Origin: Patescibacteria group bacterium
Lineage (GTDB): Bacteria; Patescibacteriota; Minisyncoccia; Phycocordibacterales; UBA5272
DNA: 64,000 nucleotides
Direction of reading: 5' to 3'
Assembly (NCBI GenBank): GCA_030916895.1
Contig: JAUPVR010000002.1
Span: 173 to 64,172, forward strand
The notes beneath the pieces are model-generated. The model did no database searches, was not told the origin of the DNA, and saw nothing but the letters and a program-made list of their open reading frames with translations. The position numbers and the translations under genes were made by a program. Position 1 is the stretch's first letter; the number at the start of each line of letters is the position of its first letter. Shown here one piece after another: positions 54,828 to 64,000 of the stretch.

Positions 54828-55448
54828 ATGTCAGTTATTAAACACAGCGACCAGCGTGTCGCACTCTTTATCGATACACAAAACCTCTACCACAGTGCAA
54901 AAAATCTCTACAACGCAAAAGTAAACTTTGGAGCCGTCCTCCAAGAATCAATTGCTAAGCGCAAACTTATTCGCGCAATTGCGTACGTCATCACAACGGA
55001 AGCAGGCGATGAAACCCAATTCTTCGAAGCGCTTACAAAAATTGGCATCGAAACAAAAACAAAAGATTTACAGGTCTTCTACGGAGGGTCAAAGAAAGCT
55101 GACTGGGATGTTGGTATGGCGGTTGATGCTATTCGTCTTGCTCCAAAAGTAGACACCATTATTCTTGCAACAGGCGACGGCGATTTTGTTCCTCTTGTTA
55201 CGTTCCTAAAAGAACACTTTGGCGTCCAAGTGGAAGTTATTTCTTTTGGTCGTTCATCATCTGGTAAACTTCGTGAAACATGTGAAGATTTTATCGACAT
55301 GTGTGAACAACCAGAAAAATTCTTAATCGGCCATCGTCCACGCAGACAAGCGCGTGCAAAACAGAGTAAAACTGGAGCAAAGCCAGCAAAACACATTGAA
55401 GAGTTCAGTGACGAAGCTTTGGGAATTTTTACACCGGAAGAAAAATAG
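54828..55448 (+). CDS. NYN-domain (LabA/DUF88-like) putative RNase
   Basis: …RVALFIDTQNLYHSA…ATGDGDFVPLV… NYN/PIN-like acidic residues; 206 aa. Confidence 0.65.
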   Translation: MSVIKHSDQRVALFIDTQNLYHSAKNLYNAKVNFGAVLQESIAKRKLIRAIAYVITTEAGDETQFFEALTKIGIETKTKDLQVFYGGSKKADWDVGMAVDAIRLAPKVDTIILATGDGDFVPLVTFLKEHFGVQVEVISFGRSSSGKLRETCEDFIDMCEQPEKFLIGHRPRRQARAKQSKTGAKPAKHIEEFSDEALGIFTPEEK

Positions 55449-55465
55449 TATTGTATTGAAAAATA

Positions 55466-55497
55466 AAAGGGCGCGGTCAAAGACCGCGCCCTTTTAT
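55466..55497 (+). terminator. terminator aaaagggcgcggtc-aaa-gaccgcgcccttttat
   Basis: 13-bp GC stem plus T-run. Confidence 0.65.
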
Positions 55498-55550
55498 TTG
55501 TATTTTTGCTGTACTAGCACCTTACCTTCATTCCCTGTTATACTTTTACC

Positions 55551-56240
55551 ATGACACTTCAAAAAATTGAGACATTTGAACATGATATTGCTGATGAAGT
55601 ATTAAAGAAAGAAGCGGGTGTTGCCAAAGTTGCCGCATCAGATGCTCTTGTTCAAGATGTACAAAGGGAGGCATCACAACAAGTTGCAAGAGCCCCCTCG
55701 TCACCATTCCTCATGTCCCTTGTTATTGCTCTCGTCATTATCGTGGTCTTAGGTGTTGGTGGGTACTACGCATACGCCTACTTCACAGGAAACCCTTCTT
55801 CTCCAAAAACCTCAACCAGTGGCACACAGCCTATTCCCGTAACACCAAACAACTCAACAAAGGGAACCGCTCCAGTAACAGCAAGTTTTTTTGAAAAAAC
55901 ATTCCCAGAACTTAAGGATGGTATGGGACGATTTGTTAAAAAAGCAGAAAGAAATCCATACGGGTATACCATCTCTATCACTGAGTACAGTCCAGTTTTT
56001 TCATTCATCGTAAAAAATGAAGGGGTCTTTGCAGAATCGGTTTCGAATGCGCTTGATATTCCAGCAGACTACCGCTCTGGTTCATATGTCTTTACCGATA
56101 CAACAATTGCAAACAACAACATGCGTGTCGGCACAAGTGGGTCAAGCACTGTTGTGTATTCGTTCATCGGAACAAATACTATCCTCCTTTCTACAAGTAC
56201 TGATGGGATCACACAAGCATCCGGTGCTATAATTAGGTAA
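55551..56240 (+). CDS. hypothetical membrane-anchored protein, translationally coupled (TAATG) to comM-like gene
   Basis: Central TM; Ser/Thr/Pro-rich linker; 229 aa. Confidence 0.45.
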   Translation: MTLQKIETFEHDIADEVLKKEAGVAKVAASDALVQDVQREASQQVARAPSSPFLMSLVIALVIIVVLGVGGYYAYAYFTGNPSSPKTSTSGTQPIPVTPNNSTKGTAPVTASFFEKTFPELKDGMGRFVKKAERNPYGYTISITEYSPVFSFIVKNEGVFAESVSNALDIPADYRSGSYVFTDTTIANNNMRVGTSGSSTVVYSFIGTNTILLSTSTDGITQASGAIIR

Positions 56241-57799
56241 TGAGTGTTGTAACTGTTGGTAGTGCACACATTCCTCATATTGGAAGTGAGCCAGTTGCTG
56301 TCGAAGTAGACATTTCTCATGGTCTCTACTCTTTTTCTATTGTTGGTCTTCCAGATAAATCAATCGATGAAAGTAAAGATAGAGTTATTGCTGCAATAAA
56401 AAATACCGGTCTTAAAAACCCAAAAACTGAAAACCATAAAGTTATTGTTTCTCTTCTCCCGGCAGACATACGAAAAGAGGGGGCACACTTTGATCTTCCA
56501 ATTGCTATTGGATATCTCCTTGCATCAAAACAAGTGCGAGCAAATCTATCTGATTCTTGGTTTGTTGGGGAACTTTCACTTACCGGAGAACTCCAACCCC
56601 TTCGCGGGATTCTTTCAATTGCTGAAAAAGCTGAAGAACTTGGAATCAAAAAACTTTTTGTTCCGTATGTAAATAAAGAAGAAGCCGCATTAGTTTCCTC
56701 TGTTGAAATTTATGGGTGTAAAACACTGCGTGATGTTGTGCGACACTTTGGCGGACTCATTGAAGAAAATGATATTGAAACATATATCACAAGAACACCC
56801 CAGACAACCATTGCGTATGTTCGCCCACATTCATACATTGCGATAGAAGACATTCGAGGACAAGAAACAGCGAAGCGCGCTCTTGAAATTGCGGCAGCTG
56901 GGGGACACAATATCGCGCTCTATGGACCACCAGGCACAGGAAAAACAATGTTAGCAAAAGCGTTTACTGGGATTCTTCCGCCACTATCCCAAAAAGAAGC
57001 TCTTGAAGCAACTCGTATTCACTCTGTTGCATACGGAACAAAAGAAATTGTTTCTCATCCACCACTACGTGCGCCACACCACACATCATCGTATGTTTCA
57101 ATTGTCGGAGGAGGAGCAAGCCCTCGCCCAGGAGAAGTAACACTTGCTCACCACGGTGTCTTATTCCTTGATGAATTCCCAGAATTTGAAAAGCGGGTTA
57201 TTGAAAGTTTGCGTGAACCGCTCGAAGAGGGGAGTATCTCTGTATCTCGCGCTAAAGGAACCTTTCGCTTCCCAGCAAAGTGTATTCTCATTGCCGCAAT
57301 GAATCCTTGCCCTTGTGGGTACATGGGTAGCACAACGAAGCGCTGTGTCTGCACACGAGGAGATATCGAACGTTACGCGAAAAAACTTTCTGGACCAATT
57401 GTCGATCGTATTGATGTGTGGGTTCCAGTACAACACATAGATTACGACATCCTTGCAAACAAAAATAACCAAGAATCAACTGACACTGTTGCACTTCGTG
57501 TACAGCAAGCTCGTTTATTTGCAGAAAGAAGGTTTAGGGAGCGTAGCGCACGTAAAGAACTCCATATCAATAAAGATATACAGCCCAAAGATTTTGATGT
57601 TCATATCAAATTAAATAAAGAAACTCAAGAACTCATGAAAACACTTTCAACAAAACATGCTCTCTCACCAAGAGGGTACCATCGCGTCCTTCGTGTTGCA
57701 CGAACAATTGCGGATCTCGATAGGTCGCCTCACATAGAAAATCGTCATGTCCTTGAAGCGTTTCAATACAGACCAAAACTCTACGACAATATTCTCTAA
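56240..57799 (+). CDS. comM: YifB/ComM family Mg-chelatase-like AAA+ ATPase
   Basis: N-terminal Lon-like domain; Walker A ALYGPPGTGKTM; Mg_chelatase C-terminal region; 519 aa. Confidence 0.85.
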   Translation: MSVVTVGSAHIPHIGSEPVAVEVDISHGLYSFSIVGLPDKSIDESKDRVIAAIKNTGLKNPKTENHKVIVSLLPADIRKEGAHFDLPIAIGYLLASKQVRANLSDSWFVGELSLTGELQPLRGILSIAEKAEELGIKKLFVPYVNKEEAALVSSVEIYGCKTLRDVVRHFGGLIEENDIETYITRTPQTTIAYVRPHSYIAIEDIRGQETAKRALEIAAAGGHNIALYGPPGTGKTMLAKAFTGILPPLSQKEALEATRIHSVAYGTKEIVSHPPLRAPHHTSSYVSIVGGGASPRPGEVTLAHHGVLFLDEFPEFEKRVIESLREPLEEGSISVSRAKGTFRFPAKCILIAAMNPCPCGYMGSTTKRCVCTRGDIERYAKKLSGPIVDRIDVWVPVQHIDYDILANKNNQESTDTVALRVQQARLFAERRFRERSARKELHINKDIQPKDFDVHIKLNKETQELMKTLSTKHALSPRGYHRVLRVARTIADLDRSPHIENRHVLEAFQYRPKLYDNIL

Positions 57800-57838
57800 A
57801 ATAAAATACGCCGGCATGGCGTATTTTATTTTAGAGAA
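57795..57838. terminator. 19-bp-arm palindrome ctctaaaataaaatacgcc-ggcatg-ggcgtattttattttagag between convergent genes
   Basis: Read directly; bidirectional terminator candidate. Confidence 0.6.
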
Positions 57839-57846
57839 TACAAATA

Positions 57847-58938
57847 CTAAAACGGATTCTTCGCGCCACGAACTTCAAAGTGTAGGTGTGGACCAGTTGA
57901 GCGTCCAGTATTACCAACTTCACCAATAACGGTTCCTTGAACAATATCTTGTCCGGAGGTTACATAGACAGCTCGCATGTGTGCATACACTGTTTGCACA
58001 TTTCCTTCATGCATCATAATTACCATTCTTCCGTAGCCACCATTGTATCCGCTATTACGCGCAACAATAACTCTTCCTGTAGCCGCTGCATATATTGGTG
58101 TCCCTTGAGATGCTGCGATATCAACAGCATTATGCCCATGAACACCTTGCGTACGACGACCACCAACAATAGGGCGAACCAAAAATCCGGAAGGAGTGCT
58201 GTTTATATATGAATCTAGGATTTTTGGTTTTGATGCGCTTGCAACACGAACAGGAATTGGTGCAACGGCGACTTCTCCTTCAGGAACAAGAATGATTGCC
58301 CCCACAGCAAGCTCTCCGTCTTTTGGAATACCATTAAACTTAGCGATATCGTATACATCTGCTTTATATTTCTTAGCAATGCTTGTTAGTGTTTCTCCTT
58401 TTTTAACACTGTGCTTGATACCTGTCATCGGCAAAATAATAAGCGTGTCACCAACGGCAACCGTTTGTGATTTTAAATCATTTGCCCAAATAATGGTGTT
58501 CTTTGAAACATTAAAAAGCGAGGCAATTGTTGAGAGGGTGTCTCCTTTCTTGACCTCGTAAACGCTAATCGTGTCATCCATTGGGAAATCAATGTCTTCG
58601 GTTGAAAGTCGAAGGGGTCCTACCGTTACTTGTAGTGTCTCGCTTTCTAAGTCACTCTCAGTAACATAAGACATGCTTTCCTCCTCCTCAACCACAACAG
58701 GCTTAAGAAGGTTCATTGTTTGTGATGTTGGGGCGATTTCCTCTTCAATCTCCTCTTGAACAATGAGCGCTTTTACCTTTGTTGCAAACGATGAAAGGAT
58801 CCCCGCATGTGTGCGTGTCGGAACAAAAAAAACACTTACAACAAATAAGAAAACAAAGAGTGTTGTCGCTTGTCTTTGGAAGACCCGAACAGAATGCTTG
58901 GGAAACGGGTCTTCTGGGTGCGTATTATGTGAACGCAT
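57847..58938 (-). CDS. LysM-domain M23 family peptidoglycan endopeptidase
   Basis: Two LysM repeats (…YEVKKGDTLSTIA…, …HSVKKGETLTSIAKKY…); M23 motifs HNAVDIAA…GNTGRSTGPHLHFEV; N-terminal signal anchor. The ORF extends to 59022 with a non-ATG start. Confidence 0.8.
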   Translation of the reverse strand: MRSHNTHPEDPFPKHSVRVFQRQATTLFVFLFVVSVFFVPTRTHAGILSSFATKVKALIVQEEIEEEIAPTSQTMNLLKPVVVEEEESMSYVTESDLESETLQVTVGPLRLSTEDIDFPMDDTISVYEVKKGDTLSTIASLFNVSKNTIIWANDLKSQTVAVGDTLIILPMTGIKHSVKKGETLTSIAKKYKADVYDIAKFNGIPKDGELAVGAIILVPEGEVAVAPIPVRVASASKPKILDSYINSTPSGFLVRPIVGGRRTQGVHGHNAVDIAASQGTPIYAAATGRVIVARNSGYNGGYGRMVIMMHEGNVQTVYAHMRAVYVTSGQDIVQGTVIGEVGNTGRSTGPHLHFEVRGAKNPF

Positions 58939-59124
58939 GGTATATAAATCAAGAAAAGGGTAAAACTTAAAGCCTTTAGTTTTAAGAATTACCCCTCTCG
59001 ATAGGTCAATCCAGTATACCAAAATTGGCCCCTTCGGGCAATTGACATTGGTGCATAACTCTTGTTGTGTGTAAACCCTATATAAAAAAGGGGATCTGTA
59101 GACTATACTCTAAGTACATTCGGT

Positions 59125-60573
59125 ATGCCCGGCAATTTTACTCCACCATCAATAAAAGGTCAGCAAGAACCTGAAGCAGACATAGTTAGTGTTCAGGCAA
59201 ACACCCCGCCCCCTGCACAACCCACTGAGTCACACGGTTCCTTTGGTGCGCCAGTAAAGATAGAGGAGCCCATCGCTCAGGTACTAGTAAACCAACCCGG
59301 ACAAGGGGAGCTAAAAAAGATATCTGCTGCGGATTACAAAACACCAGCATTTAAAAACATTGCTATAAAAGTTGGGCTCATGCCTGGAATTATAGAGACC
59401 TTCAAAAAAAATCTTGACGAATCAAAATCAAATGTAGAACTCGGTTTCTATCAAAAGTCCATCAACACACAAGTTGAAATTCTTGAAAACGCGGAACGAA
59501 CATTTAAACAAATTGGATCAAATGGTGAGGATGAAGCGACCGCAAAAGGGTTAATGACGGCAGTGGGTAGTTTCATGCAGGAATTTTCAATGCTTGAACA
59601 AAAAGCAAAAAAAATCGTTGCAGAGGGGAGGGCAAAAAAAGTTGGCGCAGAAATTTGTGTCCCTTTAAAAACAGAAGATGGTAAACCAAACCCAGAAGCC
59701 GTCACCATCATTAAAGAAAATGTTGGCGACTCTGATGTGACCAATACAAAACCGGAGAAAGGGGAAGGCACAACCACAGGAGAACAATCGCCCGACCCCA
59801 AAGAGCCAACGAATGCTGCTGGTGCACCAGAACAACAAAAATCTTTTATTGCTTACCAAGCGCCTGGACAGTCCTCAGTAACAATAACGCAACCAAATGT
59901 AGAGCGACCATCCCCGAATATTCCACCACTTACAGCAAATGAAAGTTTAAGTGTAATCACCCTTGCAAAACTTTCCTTTGAGAAAGACCTCGATGCTATA
60001 CAAAAAGCAGTTACAAGTCTTGTGGAAGCGGAAAAAACTGGTGGATTAACAAACTCTGCAAGGGCAACAATTTTACCAACGAAAGAATCAATCAGCCTTC
60101 TTGCAAAATCTCTAGAAAACCTTAAGGGCCAGGGAGCAGACGAAACCTACATCGTAGAACAAGAAGGGGGGTTGAGAATGTTACAACAAACCTTAGACTC
60201 CCTGACCTTTGAGCCAATAACACTAAAAGAAACAAGGGAGTCAAAAACGAGCGTCGCAACAACACAAGAAGTATCTTCACCCAACACCTCTCCAGAAAAA
60301 AGTGTGCAGATACAATCTCCTCTTATTACAGAAGTCTCTCCACAAGAAAATTTTACGGTAAGGCAAGTCAACCAACTTTGGGAAAAAATAAAAGGAAGGA
60401 AATGGCAAGCAGAACCAGTGTTTGTTTTAACGCTTGCGTTTTCTCCAATCCCATCAACAACAACTACCCTTGAAACAAAAACAGTGAGCAAAGAAACCAT
60501 CACCCAGCCCGCCAAAACAATGAAACAACTTTCCCCAGAAGACCAAGAAAAATTTAAACTCTTTACACGATGA
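59125..60573 (+). CDS. hypothetical protein (482 aa, Pro/Glu/Thr-rich, no TM)
   Basis: Long intact ORF; first of three translationally coupled unknowns upstream of uvrD. Confidence 0.45.
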   Translation: MPGNFTPPSIKGQQEPEADIVSVQANTPPPAQPTESHGSFGAPVKIEEPIAQVLVNQPGQGELKKISAADYKTPAFKNIAIKVGLMPGIIETFKKNLDESKSNVELGFYQKSINTQVEILENAERTFKQIGSNGEDEATAKGLMTAVGSFMQEFSMLEQKAKKIVAEGRAKKVGAEICVPLKTEDGKPNPEAVTIIKENVGDSDVTNTKPEKGEGTTTGEQSPDPKEPTNAAGAPEQQKSFIAYQAPGQSSVTITQPNVERPSPNIPPLTANESLSVITLAKLSFEKDLDAIQKAVTSLVEAEKTGGLTNSARATILPTKESISLLAKSLENLKGQGADETYIVEQEGGLRMLQQTLDSLTFEPITLKETRESKTSVATTQEVSSPNTSPEKSVQIQSPLITEVSPQENFTVRQVNQLWEKIKGRKWQAEPVFVLTLAFSPIPSTTTTLETKTVSKETITQPAKTMKQLSPEDQEKFKLFTR

Positions 60574-60887
60574 ACGACCTCTCACCATTCTTAGCAACAT
60601 TTGGATTAACGGAAACGGAGGTTGCTTCTGTCTGTGCGAAAATGACAGAAACTGGCATCACCCCGCACAAGATGCTCCATGACAGTTCCTTTGTTGAGTT
60701 CTACATCCCAACAGCCAATGGTAACCGCGATGTTCGTAAAGAAATTTCAGACATCATTGTAACAGTTGCTCGACTTGCAGATGCTGGAGGATTTCCAAAT
60801 CCAGAACCAAAAGAATTTGGAGCGGAAACACTCGAAGAATTTTTAGGAACACGTCGCGCATACCTTAAAGAGAAATTTAACAAGTAA
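60570..60887 (+). CDS. hypothetical protein (105 aa)
   Basis: ATGA overlap with the upstream stop; no motif recognised. Confidence 0.4.
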   Translation: MNDLSPFLATFGLTETEVASVCAKMTETGITPHKMLHDSSFVEFYIPTANGNRDVRKEISDIIVTVARLADAGGFPNPEPKEFGAETLEEFLGTRRAYLKEKFNK

Positions 60888-60900
60888 CCCACAAACATCC

Positions 60901-61215
60901 ATGAACCCAACCACACAACAAGATCTTTACAATAAAGCAATTGCTGAGTTCGGTCTTTCGTCGCTTGAGGAACATGAACGTGACGAAATGCTTCGTGCAA
61001 TTGTTGAAACAATTCAAAAACAATTTCTCTTCTCTGTTCATAAGTCACTTAAAAAGGAAGAGTTTGATGCTCTCGAGGCGTCTGCTTCTATGGGAGCAGA
61101 ATTCTATGCAACGACGTTAAAACATCTTGTCCCAAACTATGAAGAACTGTTTGGGGAAGCTCGTGCAAAAGTTCTAAAAACTGTCTTAACCGAACTCACA
61201 AAAGACCCTGCATAG
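60901..61215 (+). CDS. hypothetical protein (104 aa)
   Basis: Intact ORF 13 bp after the previous gene; no motif recognised. Confidence 0.4.
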   Translation: MNPTTQQDLYNKAIAEFGLSSLEEHERDEMLRAIVETIQKQFLFSVHKSLKKEEFDALEASASMGAEFYATTLKHLVPNYEELFGEARAKVLKTVLTELTKDPA

Positions 61216-61227
61216 AGAAAAATCTCT

Positions 61228-63180
61228 GTGGTACACTATTTGCCTGTGGCAAATATTTCCCTTAACAAACAACAACAAGAAGCGGTTGCTTACACCGAGG
61301 GTCCTCTTCTAATCTTGGCTGGTGCAGGGGCTGGAAAAACGAAAACAATTACCGAGCGTATCGTTACTATTGTAAAAAAAGGGACTGACCCAAGAAACAT
61401 TTTAGCAGTCACCTTTACCAATAAAGCAGCAAAAGAAATGCGCGAACGCATTGTTTCTCGACTAGAAGAAGAGCATATCATTGAACAAGAAAATCCATAC
61501 CACCACACACCCATTGTAAAAACATTTCACTCCCTTGGGCTCATGATGTTATCCGAGCAAGCACATACAATTGGCCTTCCAAAACATCCAACAATTCTTG
61601 ATTCTGCTGACTCGCTTTCGATTATCAAACAAGCTCTTGAACGACTAGGTATTGACCCTAAAATACACGACCCGTCAAAAATACGCACCATTATTAGTCG
61701 TGAAAAGGGTGACTTCGTTAGCTTACGAGAATACCGAGAGAAGGTTGCAACCACACAGATGGATATCGTTGCATCAGTGTGGGGTTTCTACAACGAAGAA
61801 CTTTTCAAACAAAAAGCTGTTGATTTTGATGACTTAATTGTGCGTGCGGTACACATGCTTGAAGACCATAAAACTATTCGTGACTATTACCAACAACGAT
61901 TCAGCTATATTCATGTTGATGAGTATCAAGACACAAACAGAGCGCAGTATGCTTTTGTAAAACTTTTAGTAAACCCTGCAACAAACAACATTTGTGTTGT
62001 TGGTGACACCGACCAAAATATCTACAGTTGGCGTGGGGCAAACTTACGTAATTTGCTTAATTTTGAAAAAGACTTTTCTGGCGCAAAAACAGTTTTACTT
62101 GAAGAAAACTACCGCTCAACAGGAAACATACTGGCGCTTGCAAACACAGCGATTAAAAAAAATACTGTCCGCCAAGAAAAAAATCTCTTCACTTCAAAAG
62201 ATGAAGGAAGCCCAATAGAGCTTTTACCTGCATGGGATGAGGAATCAGAAGCGGAGTGGGTGGCAGAAAAATGTAAAGAGCTCACCAACGCTGGTGTTGA
62301 AGGAAATAGTGTTGCTGTTCTCTATCGAGCAAATTTTCAGTCCCGCGTCCTTGAAGAAGCGTTCATCCGCGCAAACGTACCGTACAACTTACTTGGCACA
62401 AAATTTTTTGAACGAAAAGAAGTTAAGGATGTTATGAGCTACCTGCGAGCATCGATTAATCGTAGTTCACAAAATGATTTGAAGCGTGTTTTTGAGACAC
62501 CGAAAAAAGGAATTGGGAAAGCAACCATTGCAAAACTATTCGCCAGCGAACCAATCCCAAAGAGCGCAGAAGAACGAATCAAAGCAGTGTACTCATTTTT
62601 AGACAAAATTCTTGCAACACTTGAAACAGAGCCACTCTCACATGTCATGCAGATGATTATCGTTGACAGTGGTATGGAGAAAGAAATGCTTGAAGGTTCT
62701 TCTGAAGATAGGGAGCGCCTTGAGAATGCTCGTGAACTTGTTTCCCTCACCGTTCGTTACGATAACGTAACCGGAGAAGAAATCCTCACGCAATTCCTAG
62801 AGGAAACATCGCTTCAATCCGACCAAGACAATGACACCGAGGAAAAGGGCGGGGTACGCCTGATGACCATACACGCAAGTAAGGGGCTTGAGTTTGATCA
62901 TGTCTTTGTTGTTGGCTTGGAACAAGATCTCTTTCCGCATAAAAATATTGGAAACCGGAAACGAACCAAGGAGGAAGAGGAAGAAGAGAGGCGTCTTTTC
63001 TATGTGGCGGTAACGCGCGCGCGTCAGCATCTTTATTTATGCCACGCGGAGCTCCGTACTATATTCGGACAAAAACAAATTAATGCTCCGAGCGAATTTC
63101 TCGATGATGTCGACAAAGAAACAGCACTTGAACACGACACCTACTACAAGCAGGGTGGGGGAACCGTCGTCTATATATAG
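61228..63180 (+). CDS. uvrD: UvrD/PcrA/Rep-family ATP-dependent DNA helicase
   Basis: LNKQQQEAV…GPLLILAGAGAGKT (motifs Q and I), DEYQDTN (II), later SF1 motifs; 650 aa. Confidence 0.85.
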   Translation: MVHYLPVANISLNKQQQEAVAYTEGPLLILAGAGAGKTKTITERIVTIVKKGTDPRNILAVTFTNKAAKEMRERIVSRLEEEHIIEQENPYHHTPIVKTFHSLGLMMLSEQAHTIGLPKHPTILDSADSLSIIKQALERLGIDPKIHDPSKIRTIISREKGDFVSLREYREKVATTQMDIVASVWGFYNEELFKQKAVDFDDLIVRAVHMLEDHKTIRDYYQQRFSYIHVDEYQDTNRAQYAFVKLLVNPATNNICVVGDTDQNIYSWRGANLRNLLNFEKDFSGAKTVLLEENYRSTGNILALANTAIKKNTVRQEKNLFTSKDEGSPIELLPAWDEESEAEWVAEKCKELTNAGVEGNSVAVLYRANFQSRVLEEAFIRANVPYNLLGTKFFERKEVKDVMSYLRASINRSSQNDLKRVFETPKKGIGKATIAKLFASEPIPKSAEERIKAVYSFLDKILATLETEPLSHVMQMIIVDSGMEKEMLEGSSEDRERLENARELVSLTVRYDNVTGEEILTQFLEETSLQSDQDNDTEEKGGVRLMTIHASKGLEFDHVFVVGLEQDLFPHKNIGNRKRTKEEEEEERRLFYVAVTRARQHLYLCHAELRTIFGQKQINAPSEFLDDVDKETALEHDTYYKQGGGTVVYI

Positions 63181-63209
63181 AGAGGTGGTTATGGTAGAGT
63201 ACTCTTACC

Positions 63210-63974
63210 ATGCAAGCAAAAAAGCACTTAGGGCAAAACTTTCTCACGTCCGTTCCTGCGCGTATCTCAATCGTTGAGGCAGGAAACGTAACCCCTAAAG
63301 ACACTGTCCTTGAAATTGGTCCAGGAAAAGGATTTTTAACGGAGGAACTTCTGAAGACGAAAGCGCACATTATTGCACTTGAAAAAGATAGAGACCTCAT
63401 ACCTATCCTTGAAAAACAGTTTTCTTCTCATAAGAACTTCTCTCTGCTTGAAGGGGATGCTCTTACGTTTGAACCGCATGGGGGCGGGTACAAACTCATT
63501 GCCAATATCCCTTACTACATAACTGGCGCAATTTTTGAAAGATATTTGTCACACATACACCAACCAACCACTATGGTTGTTCTCATCCAGAAAGAGGTCG
63601 CAGAGCGTATTGTTGCAAACAATAAAAAAGAATCCATCCTTTCGCTTTCTGTAAAAGCCTATGGGGAACCAAAACTCGTAAAGAAGGTGTCTCGAGGAAG
63701 TTTCAATCCGGCACCAAATGTTGATAGTGCGATTCTTGCAATCTACAACATCTCTCGAAAAAAGTTCGAAAACCAATACCATGAAGCTATGTTTTTTAGA
63801 GTTGTAAAAACTGGATTTGCCCATAAACGAAAAATGCTTCTATCTAACCTAAAAGATTCCTTCCCCAAAAATAATCTCCCCCACATCTTTGAAGAACTTG
63901 GTATTTCAACTAAAGCACGCGCAGAAGATATCCCTATCTCATTGTGGCTCTTACTTGCAAAAGAACTCCTTTAA
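63210..63974 (+). CDS. rsmA: 16S rRNA (adenine1518/1519-N6)-dimethyltransferase KsgA/RsmA
   Basis: KKHLGQNFL…; …LEIGPGKG.LT…; NIPY motif (ANIPYYIT). Confidence 0.85.
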   Translation: MQAKKHLGQNFLTSVPARISIVEAGNVTPKDTVLEIGPGKGFLTEELLKTKAHIIALEKDRDLIPILEKQFSSHKNFSLLEGDALTFEPHGGGYKLIANIPYYITGAIFERYLSHIHQPTTMVVLIQKEVAERIVANNKKESILSLSVKAYGEPKLVKKVSRGSFNPAPNVDSAILAIYNISRKKFENQYHEAMFFRVVKTGFAHKRKMLLSNLKDSFPKNNLPHIFEELGISTKARAEDIPISLWLLLAKELL

Positions 63975-64000
63975 AGATTTCGTGTGGATATACAGACAAA

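Overview
This 64-kb window is a low-GC, gene-dense bacterial chromosome segment. By eye most genes are about 38-45% G+C and intergenic regions are very AT-rich. The gene content and its quirks point, by inference only, to a small-genome bacterium of the Patescibacteria/CPR type: compact ribosomal-protein genes with Lys-rich tails, weak Shine-Dalgarno sequences, a two-gene ComEC, a short His-rich trigger factor and many small membrane-anchored hypotheticals. The backbone on the minus strand is an S10-spc ribosomal-protein cluster (rpsJ-rplC-rplD-rplW-rplB-rpsS-rplV-rpsC-rplP-rpsQ-rplN-rplX ... rplE) and a str operon (rpsL-rpsG-fusA-tuf). Both are broken up by inserted genes that are insulated by strong hairpin terminators. 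Other content: a tRNA cluster (Arg-TCG, Gly-GCC, Pro-TGG, Gly-TCC) with duplication scars around tRNA-Pro; DNA-metabolism genes (nrdJ, recJ, cca, rnhA, rnhB, xth, a xerD-like recombinase, uvrD/pcrA, two-gene comEC, comM); housekeeping genes (rny, clpP, tig, ppa, nusA, tpiA, pgk, ksgA, rsmE, rpsO, rpmB, hup); a MacAB-like ABC efflux trio; and an ECF sigma/anti-sigma pair. The most unusual signal is a set of short single-gene or two-gene islets whose G+C is visibly elevated (about 50-58% by eye), each with its own promoter and GC-rich terminator. They encode a tandem pair of paralogous double-HTH proteins inside the str operon, a Mu Gam-like protein, a Cys-rich 70-aa peptide next to the Xer-like recombinase, a 4-TM plus coiled-coil protein, and small unknowns. 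A three-gene envelope module (a PG-binding protein with an internal duplication, and a protein of 27-aa tandem repeats) sits between fusA and tuf. Coordinates of small RNA and hairpin features are hand-derived and may be off by 1-2 nt.
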